DNA from: Parcubacteria group bacterium Gr01-1014_30 | GTDB lineage: Bacteria; Patescibacteriota; Minisyncoccia; Minisyncoccales; 2-12-FULL-40-12 | Assembly: GCA_007376185.1 (NCBI GenBank) | Contig: VMFS01000004.1 | Span: 165-64,164 of the forward strand | Length of the DNA: 64,000 nucleotides | Direction of reading: 5' to 3' | Part shown: piece by piece, positions 7,651 through 16,900 of the stretch | How the letters are laid out: each line of letters starts with the position of its first letter | Numbering within the stretch: the stretch's first letter is position 1 | Program-made: the position numbers and the translations under genes | The notes under the pieces: generated by a model | Database searches by the model: none | What the model saw: the letters and a program-made list of their open reading frames with translations, nothing else | Told to the model about the DNA's origin: nothing

Positions 7651-10026
7651 GTGAAAGAGGAAATTTTTCTGAAAATATCAAAGGCGTCTTTTTACTTTTT
7701 GGCGTTTTTGCTGCCACTTTTCTTTCTGCCTTACACGCCAGACGTTTTTGAGTTCCAAAAGCAGACCTTACTGTTTGTCTTGCTTCTCACGACTCTCTTT
7801 GGCTGGGTGGCTTCCGTTTTGACTTCTTACAAGCTGGAGATTAACAAAAGTTTCGTTAATATTCCGGTTATCCTTTTGGTTTTATTCACTTCGCTCTCAA
7901 CTCTGTTTTCCGTTTTTAGGTACGGAAGTTTTTGGGGACTTCCTTTGTCGGTCGCCTCCAGTTTATTTACTCTTTTTTTGTTTTCGGCCATTTTTTTTAT
8001 AGTCGCCAACCTGTTCAACAGAAAAGAGCTTCCTTTTTTGCTTTTAACCCTTTTTTCTTCTGGGTTTCTAGTTGCCCTTGTTTTTATTCTTCACCTTTTT
8101 GAAATATTTATTATTCCGTTTGATTTCGCGAAGTTTTCTTCTTTCAATACAATAGGAACAGTCAATTCTTTAGCTCTGTACCTCGCATTTTTGCTTGTTT
8201 TAATGGTGCCGCTATTTTTTTCCGTTAAGCGTTTGCTTAAAATTACTTTTGGAATTTTCGGGATAACTTTTCTCCTTAGTTTGTTTTTGATTAACTTCAG
8301 AAGTGCCTGGATTGTTTTTCTGGCAGGCGTTGTTGTTTTGTTAACTTTTGGGACCGTGAGACAAGTAAGCTTAAAGAACGGCCAAAATGACGTCAAGGAA
8401 GCGCCAGGGCAAGCTGTGAGAATTAATAGAACAGGTTTTGTAGCGCTTTTGATGGCGTTTTTGATAATCGGCCTTTTCTTCACTTTTTTCCGGTTCTCTT
8501 TTCCTGGGGTTCCGGCTTTCCCCTTGGAAGTACTGCCCAGCCATAAGGCAAGTTTTGAGGTTTTGACAAAAATGCCTCCTTCTTCTTTGTTCTTGGGGTC
8601 TGGCCCGGGCACTTTTTTTTACAACTGGGCAAAGCAAAAGCCATTGCAGATTAACGAAACTATTTTTTGGGGATTCAGGTTTCCTCAGCCTTCTTCTGAA
8701 GTTATTGAAAGAGCAGTTGGAACAGGAATTTTGGGGCTTCTCGCTTTCTTCTTCCTGCTGATTGTTTGCTTAAAAACGATTTTCAGAGAGCTTTTGGACC
8801 CCGCCCTTGAAAACGTCAACGACGGGCCAGACAAGTTTTTGTTTTGGGGTGTTTTTGCGGCCTTCTTTTCGCTGACTGTGTCTTTTTTCCTTTATCCTGC
8901 CAATATTTCAAGCCAATTCTTACTCTGGCTGTTGGTGGGTTTCAGTTCTCTGCTTGGGAAAGAGAAAAGACAGAGCCTTGACTTGCAAAAGTCATCCTTG
9001 AGAGCAATGGCGGTTTCGTTTATCACGGTTTTGGTTTTGATAAGCGGAGTTGGTTTGGCGATCTGGCACGGTCAGAGATACTTTGCTGAAACGAGATACC
9101 TCAAAGGGGTCAGAGCTTTTGAGAAAGGGGAAGTAGAGCAGAGTTCAGACTATCTTTTGAGAGCCGTAAACCTTAACCCAAAAGTTGACCTTTACTGGCG
9201 GGATTTGGCGCAGGTTTTATTGTTCAGGCTTCAGGATCTGCTGACAAGAAAGGACTTGACCCAGGAAGAACTGAGTTCTCGAGGTCAGGTCTTGATAGCG
9301 GATGCGGTCAACTCCTCAACTCAAGCTACACAAGCTGACCCCAGAAACGTCGCCAATTGGAACATACGAGGGTTTGTCTATCGCAGTATGATAGGACTTT
9401 TAGGGGGAGCCGAGGACTGGGCTATTTCTTCTTACCAGAGAGCAAGAGAACTTGAGTCAGGCAACCCCTACATTTGGACGGAGATTGGCAGGGTTTATCT
9501 TTTAAAATCGGATCTCCTTGAGCGGCAGAGCAAGGAAACCGAAAGGCTTGATAGTTTGCGTCTGGCGCAAGAAAGTTTTGAAAAAGCGATTGAGTTGAAA
9601 CACGACTATGCTCCGGCTCACTTTCTAGTTGCCATGAGGCACATAAGACAAGGCCAGTTGGCTCAGGCCATTGAGCAGTTGGAAAACACAAAATTGGTGG
9701 TTCCCTTTGACTCGGGCTTGGCTTTCCAGCTCGGGCTCATTTACTACAACAACGGGCAGCTGCAAGAAGCCAAAGCTGAGCTTGAAAGAGCGGTTTTGAT
9801 AGACCAGAACTATTCCAACGCCCGCTACTTTTTGGGTTTGATTGCAGACAGGCAGGGAAACAGGCAGGAGGCAATCTTGCAGTTTGAAAAAATTCAGGCA
9901 TTGAATCCAGACAACGAAGAGGTGCGAAGAATCGTGGCCAATTTAAAAGCTCAGAGGCCGGCCTTGGAAGGAATAGTTCCGGGGGAACCGCCTATTGAGG
10001 AGAGGCCCGAGGAGCAGTTGGAGTAG
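7651..10026 (+). CDS. Polytopic membrane protein with an O-antigen ligase-like (Wzy_C) core and C-terminal TPR repeats
   Basis: 791 aa with a GTG start. More than 10 predicted TM helices, a FRSAWIVFLAG motif typical of Wzy_C/O-antigen ligase, and a C-terminal ~300 aa of TPR-like repeats (AxxxYxxAlxlxP). Confidence 0.7.
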   Translation: MKEEIFLKISKASFYFLAFLLPLFFLPYTPDVFEFQKQTLLFVLLLTTLFGWVASVLTSYKLEINKSFVNIPVILLVLFTSLSTLFSVFRYGSFWGLPLSVASSLFTLFLFSAIFFIVANLFNRKELPFLLLTLFSSGFLVALVFILHLFEIFIIPFDFAKFSSFNTIGTVNSLALYLAFLLVLMVPLFFSVKRLLKITFGIFGITFLLSLFLINFRSAWIVFLAGVVVLLTFGTVRQVSLKNGQNDVKEAPGQAVRINRTGFVALLMAFLIIGLFFTFFRFSFPGVPAFPLEVLPSHKASFEVLTKMPPSSLFLGSGPGTFFYNWAKQKPLQINETIFWGFRFPQPSSEVIERAVGTGILGLLAFFFLLIVCLKTIFRELLDPALENVNDGPDKFLFWGVFAAFFSLTVSFFLYPANISSQFLLWLLVGFSSLLGKEKRQSLDLQKSSLRAMAVSFITVLVLISGVGLAIWHGQRYFAETRYLKGVRAFEKGEVEQSSDYLLRAVNLNPKVDLYWRDLAQVLLFRLQDLLTRKDLTQEELSSRGQVLIADAVNSSTQATQADPRNVANWNIRGFVYRSMIGLLGGAEDWAISSYQRARELESGNPYIWTEIGRVYLLKSDLLERQSKETERLDSLRLAQESFEKAIELKHDYAPAHFLVAMRHIRQGQLAQAIEQLENTKLVVPFDSGLAFQLGLIYYNNGQLQEAKAELERAVLIDQNYSNARYFLGLIADRQGNRQEAILQFEKIQALNPDNEEVRRIVANLKAQRPALEGIVPGEPPIEERPEEQLE

Positions 10027-10030
10027 CACC

Positions 10031-10059
10031 TTGACTTTTTCTTGGCAGAGGATTATAAT
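10031..10059 (+). promoter_or_regulatory. Sigma-70-type promoter
   Basis: TTGACT, 17-nt spacer, TATAAT. Confidence 0.55.
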
Positions 10060-10123
10060 TAAAATACTAACTAATTTTTGATTTCTTTGATTTCCCGCTG
10101 GCGTTAAACCTTAATAGAAGCCC

Positions 10124-10157
10124 AAACCCTAAAATAATCCGCAATTTAGGGTTTTTT
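10124..10157 (+). terminator. Intrinsic terminator/attenuator about 90 nt downstream of the promoter
   Basis: AAACCCTAAA-ataatccgca-TTTAGGGTTT followed by TTT. Confidence 0.5.
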
Positions 10158-10169
10158 GTGGTGTTTACG

Positions 10170-10201
10170 CATACGAAATTACGAAACTTTTACGAAAGTA
10201 C
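10170..10201. repeat. Left inverted repeat flanking the GxxExxY pseudogene
   Basis: CATACGAAATTACGAAA (17/17) plus a partial extension is the reverse complement of 10626-10657. Confidence 0.8.
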
Positions 10202-10209
10202 TAAAAATT

Positions 10210-10608
10210 ATGGACCAAACCAGTATCAAAAGGAAAGATTTGGTTTACCCAGATTTATGTTATCAAATTATTGGAATTCTTTTTGAAATATAAAAGCAAC
10301 TTGGCAGTAATTACCAAGAAAGATATTATCAAAGAATCGTCGCCAGAGAGCTTAAGAATTGTAAATTAAAGTATAAAGAGCAAGTTTTAACACCGTTAAC
10401 TTATAAAGGAGAACGAGTAGGGAATTACTTCTTGGATTTTGTAATAGACAATAAAATAGTTCTAGAGCTTAAGAAAGGTGAGAGATTTTCTAAAAAACAT
10501 ATTGAGCAGGTATACGCATATTTAAAAGCCGCTAATTTGGAGCTGGGCATAATTGCTTATTTTACAAAGCAGGGAGTAAGATTTAAAAGAATTGTTAATA
10601 TTTCATAG
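10210..10608 (+). pseudogene. GxxExxY / PD-(D/E)XK-family protein gene interrupted by an in-frame TAA
   Basis: The frame reads MDQTSIKRKDLVYPDLCYQIIGILFEI*KQLGSNYQERYYQRIVARELK...YKGERVGNYFLDFVIDNKIVLELKKGE...YLKAANLELGIIAYFTKQGVRFKRIVN. The stop codon is at 10291-10293. The ORF is missing from the ORF track because no ATG follows the stop. Confidence 0.6.
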
Positions 10609-10625
10609 TAAAATAATTATTTTTC

Positions 10626-10657
10626 GTATTTTCGTACCTTTTTCGTAATTTCGTATG
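10626..10657. repeat. Right inverted repeat flanking the GxxExxY pseudogene; it contains the rpoB start codon
   Basis: TTTCGTAATTTCGTATG. The last 3 nt are the rpoB ATG. Confidence 0.8.
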
Positions 10658-13600
10658 ATAATAAAGAGTTTTGCCAAGTCAAAGATTTCTTTGAGATTGC
10701 CTTATTTGCTTTCTTCCCTTCATCAAAACTGGAGCACTTTTTGGCAGAAGGATTTGAAAGAACTTTTCCAAGAGGTATCTCCCCTACGCGATTACACAAA
10801 AAAGGAGTTGGAACTTTGGTTTTTGGACTATAAATTGGCAAGGAGTAAATACCGGGACGATTTTGACGCAAAAGACAACAACGACTCATACGAAGGGGCC
10901 TTAAGGGTGAGGACAAAACTGGTTAATCTCAAAACCAAAGAAACCAAAGAGCAGGAAGTTTTTTTGGCCGATTTTCCCCTGATGACCGAGCGGGGAACCT
11001 TTATTGTCAACGGTGTTGAAAGAGTTGCCATAGCTCAGCTGATAAGGTCGCCCGGCGCCTTTTTTACCTTGCAGCAAGCAGGAGGCAAAAATTGTTTTGG
11101 AGCGAAAGTTATTCCAAATAGAGGGGCTTGGTTGGAATTTGACACCGAGCCCACGGGTTTTATCGGAGTCAAGATTGACAGAAGAAGGAAAACCGCGGCA
11201 ACAACTTTACTTCGTGCTTTTGGCTTTGACAAGGATCAAGCAATCAGAGAACTTTTTAAAGATTTAGATATCGGGGAGATAAAGTATATTGAGGAAACCT
11301 TAAAAAGAGAACACTCCAAAGACCAGGCGGAAGCTTTGGTTGAAATTTACCGCGTGTTGAGGCCGGACGAGCTGGTTACTCCCGATACCGCTCGCGAATT
11401 TGTTGACAATGTTTTCTTTAACTTTGAAAGATACGATTTGAGCAAGGTTGGGAGGTGGAGAATGGGGCAGCGTTTGCCTGAATTGAAAGAGCAAAAAAAG
11501 GGTGAGGAAATCTCCCTTCAAGACAGAGTGTTAAAACCCCAAGATATTGTAGCTGTTTTAAGGGAAATCATTCGCTTGAACAACGACCCTAAAGGCCGGC
11601 CTGACCAAATAGACCATTTGGGGAACAGGAGAGCGCGCACTTTTAACGAGCTTTTGCAAAATCGGCTCAGGCTGGGTTTTGCCAGAATGGAAAGGATTAT
11701 TAAAGACAGAATGTCGACTTTGGACCCAGACATCTTGGCTCCTTCACAGCTTATCAACCCAAGGCCGGTTATGGCTGTAGTTAAGGAATTTTTTACCTCA
11801 TCTCAAATGTGCCAGTTTATGGACAACGAAAATCCTTTGGCTGAACTTGAACACAAAAGGAGGTTGTCGGCAACGGGACCCGGCGGTCTAACGCGGGAAA
11901 GGGCCGGTTTTGAGGTTAGAGACGTTCAGCCCAGCCACTACGGAAGAATTTGCCCGATTCAGACCCCTGAGGGGCCGAACGTGGGACTGGTTTCTCACCT
12001 AGCTTCTTTTGCGAAACTCAACCCTTACGGATTTATTGAGACGCCTTATTTTAAGGTGGAAAAAGGAAAGGTGACGTCTGAAGTTGTTTATCTTTCGGCA
12101 CACGAAGAAGAACGCTATAACATTGCGCATGCCGGAGTTCCGATTGACCAAGGAGGGAACTTAATCCCAGAAAAAATTGACGCCAGAGTAAAAGGAGAGC
12201 CCGGATTTTGCAAAAGAGATCAAATTGACTTTATTGACGTTTCCACCGAACAGTCAATTTCCGTGGCCACCTCGTTAATTCCCTTTTTGCAAAACGACGA
12301 CGCCAGCCGAGCGTTAATGGGTTCAAACATGCAGAGGCAATCGGCTCCCTTAATTAATCCTGAGCCTCCTTTGGTGTGCACCGGCGTGGAAGAAAGGGTA
12401 GCCAGGGATTCTGGACTGGAAGTTATCTCAGGGGAAGACGGACTTGTAACTGACGTGGACGCCAAACGAATTACGATTAAGCCAAAAGCCAAAAGCCAAA
12501 AGCAGAAAGTATACGATTTGCGGACTTTTATGAGAACCAACCAGTATACGTGTTTTCACCAAAGACCTCAGGTTAAAAAGGGTCAAACAGTGAAAAAGGG
12601 AGACGTTTTGACGGACGGCGGAGGAATTGCAGAAGAGCAGCTGGCTCTCGGCAGAAATATATTGGCCGCTTTTCTGCCCTGGCGTGGCTGGAACTTTGAG
12701 GACGCAATGTTGATTTCGGAACGGCTTGTGAAAGACGACGTTTACACCTCAATCCACATTGAAGAGTTTAGCTGCGACGTGCGGGAGACAAAGCTTGGGC
12801 CTGAAGTTACCACTTACGATATCCCAAATGTTTCGGAAGCCAAGTTAAAGGACTTGGACGAGGAAGGGATTGTCAGGGTGGGGGCCGAAGTGGGCCCCAA
12901 CGACATTCTGGTTGGTAAGATTTCGCCAAAAGGGGAAGCTGATTTGACGGCTGAAGAAAAACTGCTGAGAGCGATTTTTGGAGAAAAAGCAAAGGAAATA
13001 AAAGACACCTCCTTGCTTATGGAACACGGAAAGCGCGGGAGAGTGATTTCAGTCAAAGTTTTTTCCAGAGACGAGGGACACAAACTGGAACCCGGCGTTC
13101 TTAAGAAAATTCGTGTGGAAGTGGCTTCCAGCAGAAAAATGCAAGCCGGCGACAAGTTGGCCGGCCGCCACGGCAACAAAGGCGTGGTTTCCAGGGTTGT
13201 GCCCGAAGAAGAAATGCCTTTTTTGGAAGACGGCACGCCGGTTGACATTGTTTTGAATCCTCTTGGGGTCGTCTCGCGGATGAACTTGGGCCAGATTCTT
13301 GAGACCCACCTTGGCTGGGCAGCCAAGAAGTTGGGATACAGAGCTGTTTCCCCTCCTCTTTTGGGAGCTACCGAAAAAGATATAAAAGAGGAATTAAAAA
13401 GAGCCGGCCTGCCAGAAGACGGCAAAACAATTCTCTTTGACGGGAGAACCGGCCTTCCTTTTCCGGGGAGGGTAACGGTGGGCATGATATATATGATGAA
13501 GCTCATTCACATGGTTGAAGACAAAATCCACATGAGATCAATAGGGCCTTACTCTTTGATTACTCAGCAGCCTTTAGGAGGGAAAGCCCAGTTTGGCGGA

Positions 13601-13846
13601 CAGCGTTTCGGAGAAATGGAAGTGTGGGCTTTGGAGGGTTATGGTGCAGCTTTTACCTTGCAGGAAATGCTTACCATAAAGTCGGACGACGTTCCTGGAA
13701 GAGCGGCAACTTATGAGGCCATTTTGAAAGGAGAGGAAATTAAACCTCCTAATGTGCCGGCTTCCTTTAACTTGCTGGTTAACGAGTTAAAATCATTGGG
13801 GTTGGCGGTGGAAGTGAAGGAAAAACCAAAGGAACAAGAAAAGTAA
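10655..13846 (+). CDS. rpoB: DNA-directed RNA polymerase subunit beta
   Basis: 1063 aa with canonical RpoB blocks (GTFIVNGVERV, NRRARTF, SQFMDNENPL, GRHGNKGVVSR, MNLGQILETHLG, GGQRFGEMEVWALE). Confidence 0.97.
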   Translation: MIIKSFAKSKISLRLPYLLSSLHQNWSTFWQKDLKELFQEVSPLRDYTKKELELWFLDYKLARSKYRDDFDAKDNNDSYEGALRVRTKLVNLKTKETKEQEVFLADFPLMTERGTFIVNGVERVAIAQLIRSPGAFFTLQQAGGKNCFGAKVIPNRGAWLEFDTEPTGFIGVKIDRRRKTAATTLLRAFGFDKDQAIRELFKDLDIGEIKYIEETLKREHSKDQAEALVEIYRVLRPDELVTPDTAREFVDNVFFNFERYDLSKVGRWRMGQRLPELKEQKKGEEISLQDRVLKPQDIVAVLREIIRLNNDPKGRPDQIDHLGNRRARTFNELLQNRLRLGFARMERIIKDRMSTLDPDILAPSQLINPRPVMAVVKEFFTSSQMCQFMDNENPLAELEHKRRLSATGPGGLTRERAGFEVRDVQPSHYGRICPIQTPEGPNVGLVSHLASFAKLNPYGFIETPYFKVEKGKVTSEVVYLSAHEEERYNIAHAGVPIDQGGNLIPEKIDARVKGEPGFCKRDQIDFIDVSTEQSISVATSLIPFLQNDDASRALMGSNMQRQSAPLINPEPPLVCTGVEERVARDSGLEVISGEDGLVTDVDAKRITIKPKAKSQKQKVYDLRTFMRTNQYTCFHQRPQVKKGQTVKKGDVLTDGGGIAEEQLALGRNILAAFLPWRGWNFEDAMLISERLVKDDVYTSIHIEEFSCDVRETKLGPEVTTYDIPNVSEAKLKDLDEEGIVRVGAEVGPNDILVGKISPKGEADLTAEEKLLRAIFGEKAKEIKDTSLLMEHGKRGRVISVKVFSRDEGHKLEPGVLKKIRVEVASSRKMQAGDKLAGRHGNKGVVSRVVPEEEMPFLEDGTPVDIVLNPLGVVSRMNLGQILETHLGWAAKKLGYRAVSPPLLGATEKDIKEELKRAGLPEDGKTILFDGRTGLPFPGRVTVGMIYMMKLIHMVEDKIHMRSIGPYSLITQQPLGGKAQFGGQRFGEMEVWALEGYGAAFTLQEMLTIKSDDVPGRAATYEAILKGEEIKPPNVPASFNLLVNELKSLGLAVEVKEKPKEQEK

Positions 13847-13855
13847 ATCGTCTTT

Positions 13856-13962
13856 CGTTTAACGTTTAGCGCATCCCGTTTCGTTAGTCGCCAATCGGTT
13901 AGCGGCCGCTAACCGCTAAACCTTAAGCGATACGGGCATCGCTAACCGCTAAACTTTTAACG
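13856..13962. repeat. About 105-nt imperfect palindromic element centred on CGGTTAGCGGCCGCTAACCG (copy 1)
   Basis: Built from the words GTTTAGCG/CGCTAAAC. Homologous in inverted orientation to 26833-26936. Confidence 0.75.
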
Positions 13963-13969
13963 ATAATTT

Positions 13970-16900
13970 ATGCGCGTACAAGATTTAGAAGCAATCAGAA
14001 TTAAACTTGCCTCGCCAGACGACATTCTTTCGTGGTCTCATGGAGAGGTAACAAAGCCCGAAACCATAAATTACAGAACTCAGAGAGCCGAGAAAGACGG
14101 GCTTTTTTGCGAGAAAATTTTCGGGCCCGAAAAAGACTACGAATGTTACTGCGGCAAGTACAAGAGAATACGGTACAAAGGAGTGGTTTGCGACCGCTGC
14201 GGCGTTGAAGTAACCAAGGCCTCTGTAAGGCGGGAAAGAATGGGGCATATCAAGTTGGCTACTCCCTGCTCTCACATATGGTTTTTGAGAGGCGTTCCTT
14301 CCCGCATCAGCATGGTTTTAGACATACCGATGCAGCAGCTGGAAAGGGTTATTTACTTTGCGTCGTACATCGTGACTGGCGTCAAAGAGGAAGCAAAAAA
14401 GAAAGTTCTGGAAGAGATAGAGAAAGAGTACAAAGCGAAACTAAAAGCTAAAAGTTTAAAGGTGAAAGCTAACGAATTAAAGGCAGCCAGGGATAAAGCC
14501 AAACAAGAGCTTTTGGATTTGAAGCCTCTAAAGATTTTGTCAGAAGTTGAGTATCACGAGCTGGCTTCAAAGTACGGCGAAGTTTTCGAAGCCGGCACGG
14601 GAGCTGAAACCTTGAGAAAGGTTTTTGAAAAAGTTGACCTCAAAAAAGAAATAAGCGGTTTGCGTTCCAGAATTGAAGATATAACGCCGCCCAGCCGCAG
14701 AAAAGCCTTGAGGCGTCTCAAAACGCTTCAGGCGATGGAAAGGGCTAGGGTGCGTCCTGAGTGGATGTTTTTGACCCAACTTCCGGTTCTGCCCCCAGAG
14801 CTTAGGCCCATGGTTCAGCTGGACGGGGGAAGGTACGCTTCCTCTGACTTGAACGACCTTTACAGAAGAGTCATCAACAGAAACAACCGCTTAAAATACC
14901 TGTTGGAGATTGAGGCGCCCGAAGTCATCGTCAGAAACGAGAAGAGAATGCTGCAGGAAGCCGTGGACGCTTTGATTGATAACAGCATGAGAAAAGGAAC
15001 AATGACCCAGGCCACCACCGGAGGCAAGCGTCTTTTGAAGTCCCTTTCAGACATGCTCAAGGGGAAACAAGGAAGATTTCGTCAAAATCTTCTGGGCAAA
15101 AGAGTTGATTACTCAGGAAGGTCGGTCATTGTCGTGGGACCAAATCTGAAGGTTGACCAGTGCGGTTTGCCAAAAGTCATGGCTTTGGAGCTTTTCAAGC
15201 CGTTTATCATTAAAAAGATTTTGGAAAAGGAGCTGGCTTATAACGTCAGAGGGGCTTCGAGGGTGATTGAAGAGGGGTCTGACGAGGTTTGGGAGTCCTT
15301 GGAAGAAGTGGTTCAAGACAAGCTGGTGTTGTTGAACCGCGCCCCTACGCTTCATCGCCTCGGCATCCAGGCGTTTAAACCGGTTTTAATTGAGGGTTCA
15401 TCAATCCAGATGCATCCGATGGTTTGCAGGGCGTTTAACGCCGACTTTGATGGCGACCAAATGGCGGTTCACCTGCCTTTGTCTGAAGATGCCCAAAAAG
15501 AAGCCAGCTCTTTCATGCTTTCTTCGCTAAACCTTTTGAAACCGGCCACAGGTCAGCCCATAGTCACAATTTATCAAGACATGAGTTTGGGTTGTTACTG
15601 GCTCACCAAGATTGTGCCTGACGCTAAAGGCCAGGGAATGGTTTTCGGGTCCAGAGAAGAAGCGCTCCTGTATTATGAGTACGGACGAGTTGACTTGAAA
15701 GCAAAGATAAAAGTAAGAATAGAAATGAATGAGTTCATAGAGACCTCCGTGGGCCGCCTTATTTTCAACGAGGCGCTGCCCGAAGGTTTTCCTTTCCAGA
15801 ATTCGAACATCAGGGTGAACGACTTGGAAAGAATAGTCAAAGACGTTATTGAAAAGTACGATAGTTCAACTTTAATCGAGACCTTAGACAAAATTAAAGA
15901 GCTAGGATTTGAGTACTCCACCCTTTCTGGCCTTTCTTGGGGCATGGACGACTTAACCGTGCCTCCCGAGAAAAAACAAATCATTGTGGAGGCCGAAAAA
16001 GAAGCCAGTCAAGTTGAAGAGTATGCCAGAAAGGGACTTCTTTCTCAAGAAGAGAAGAAAGACAGAATAATTGAAGTATGGACTAGAGCCAAGTCAGCGG
16101 TGGAAAAACTTGTGCCCAAAACATTGCCAGAGCACGGCCCTGTTTTCTCTTTCATTGACGCGGGAGCTCGCGGTACCTGGTCTCAGCCTGTGCAGATGGC
16201 GGGCATGAAAGGGTTGGTGGCAAACCCCCTTGGGGAAACAATAGAGTTGCCAGTTAAGAACTCGTTCAAAGAGGGTTTTGACATCTTGGAGTACTTCATT
16301 TCCACTCACGGCGCTCGCAAGGGAACGGTTGACACGGCTCTGAGGACTTCAACGGCGGGCTATTTGACGAGACGACTAATTGATGTAGCTCACGAGGTAG
16401 TCGTTTCCCAGGAGGACTGCAAGGACGAAGACGGCATAGAACTTTTGCGCGAATACGCGGATTCCATAGCTCAGAGTTTTGTTTACAAGATTGTGGGCCG
16501 CCTGGCGCTGGATAAAATTCAGGACGCCGAGTCAAAATTACAAATCGTTAAGAAAGGAGAAATTATTGATTGGAAAAAAGCGGAAAAAATAGTTGAAGCC
16601 GGGGTTAAAAAGGTTAAAGTCCGCTCCATTTTGTCATGCAAGGCTCAAAGAGGCGTTTGCCGGCAATGCTACGGATGGGATTTGGGAAACAACAAATTAG
16701 TTAAATTGGGAGAGGCCGTTGGCATCGTGGCCGCTCAAGCCATAGGGGAACCCGGCACCCAGCTGACCATGAGGACTTTCCACCTTGGAGGCGTGGCCGG
16801 AGTAGGCGACATCACTTCGGGATTGCCTAGGATTCAGGAAATTTTTGAGGCAAGAGAGCCCGGCGGCAAGGCGGTTGTGTCGCACTTTGACGGGGAGGTT

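Noticed and set aside
10291-10293. The in-frame TAA in the GxxExxY gene as evidence of stop-codon reassignment
   Set aside because: TAA terminates many well-supported genes here, including nusA, rny, the histidine kinase and the gene at 38421-38690. A pseudogene or a sequencing error is the simpler explanation.
12814-13506. The 230-aa antisense ORF inside rpoB, and similar long antisense ORFs in rpoC, ftsK, gyrA, nrdA, valS and pilB
   Set aside because: These are shadow ORFs opposite strongly supported, conserved genes. They have low-complexity or Ser/Pro/Leu-rich translations.
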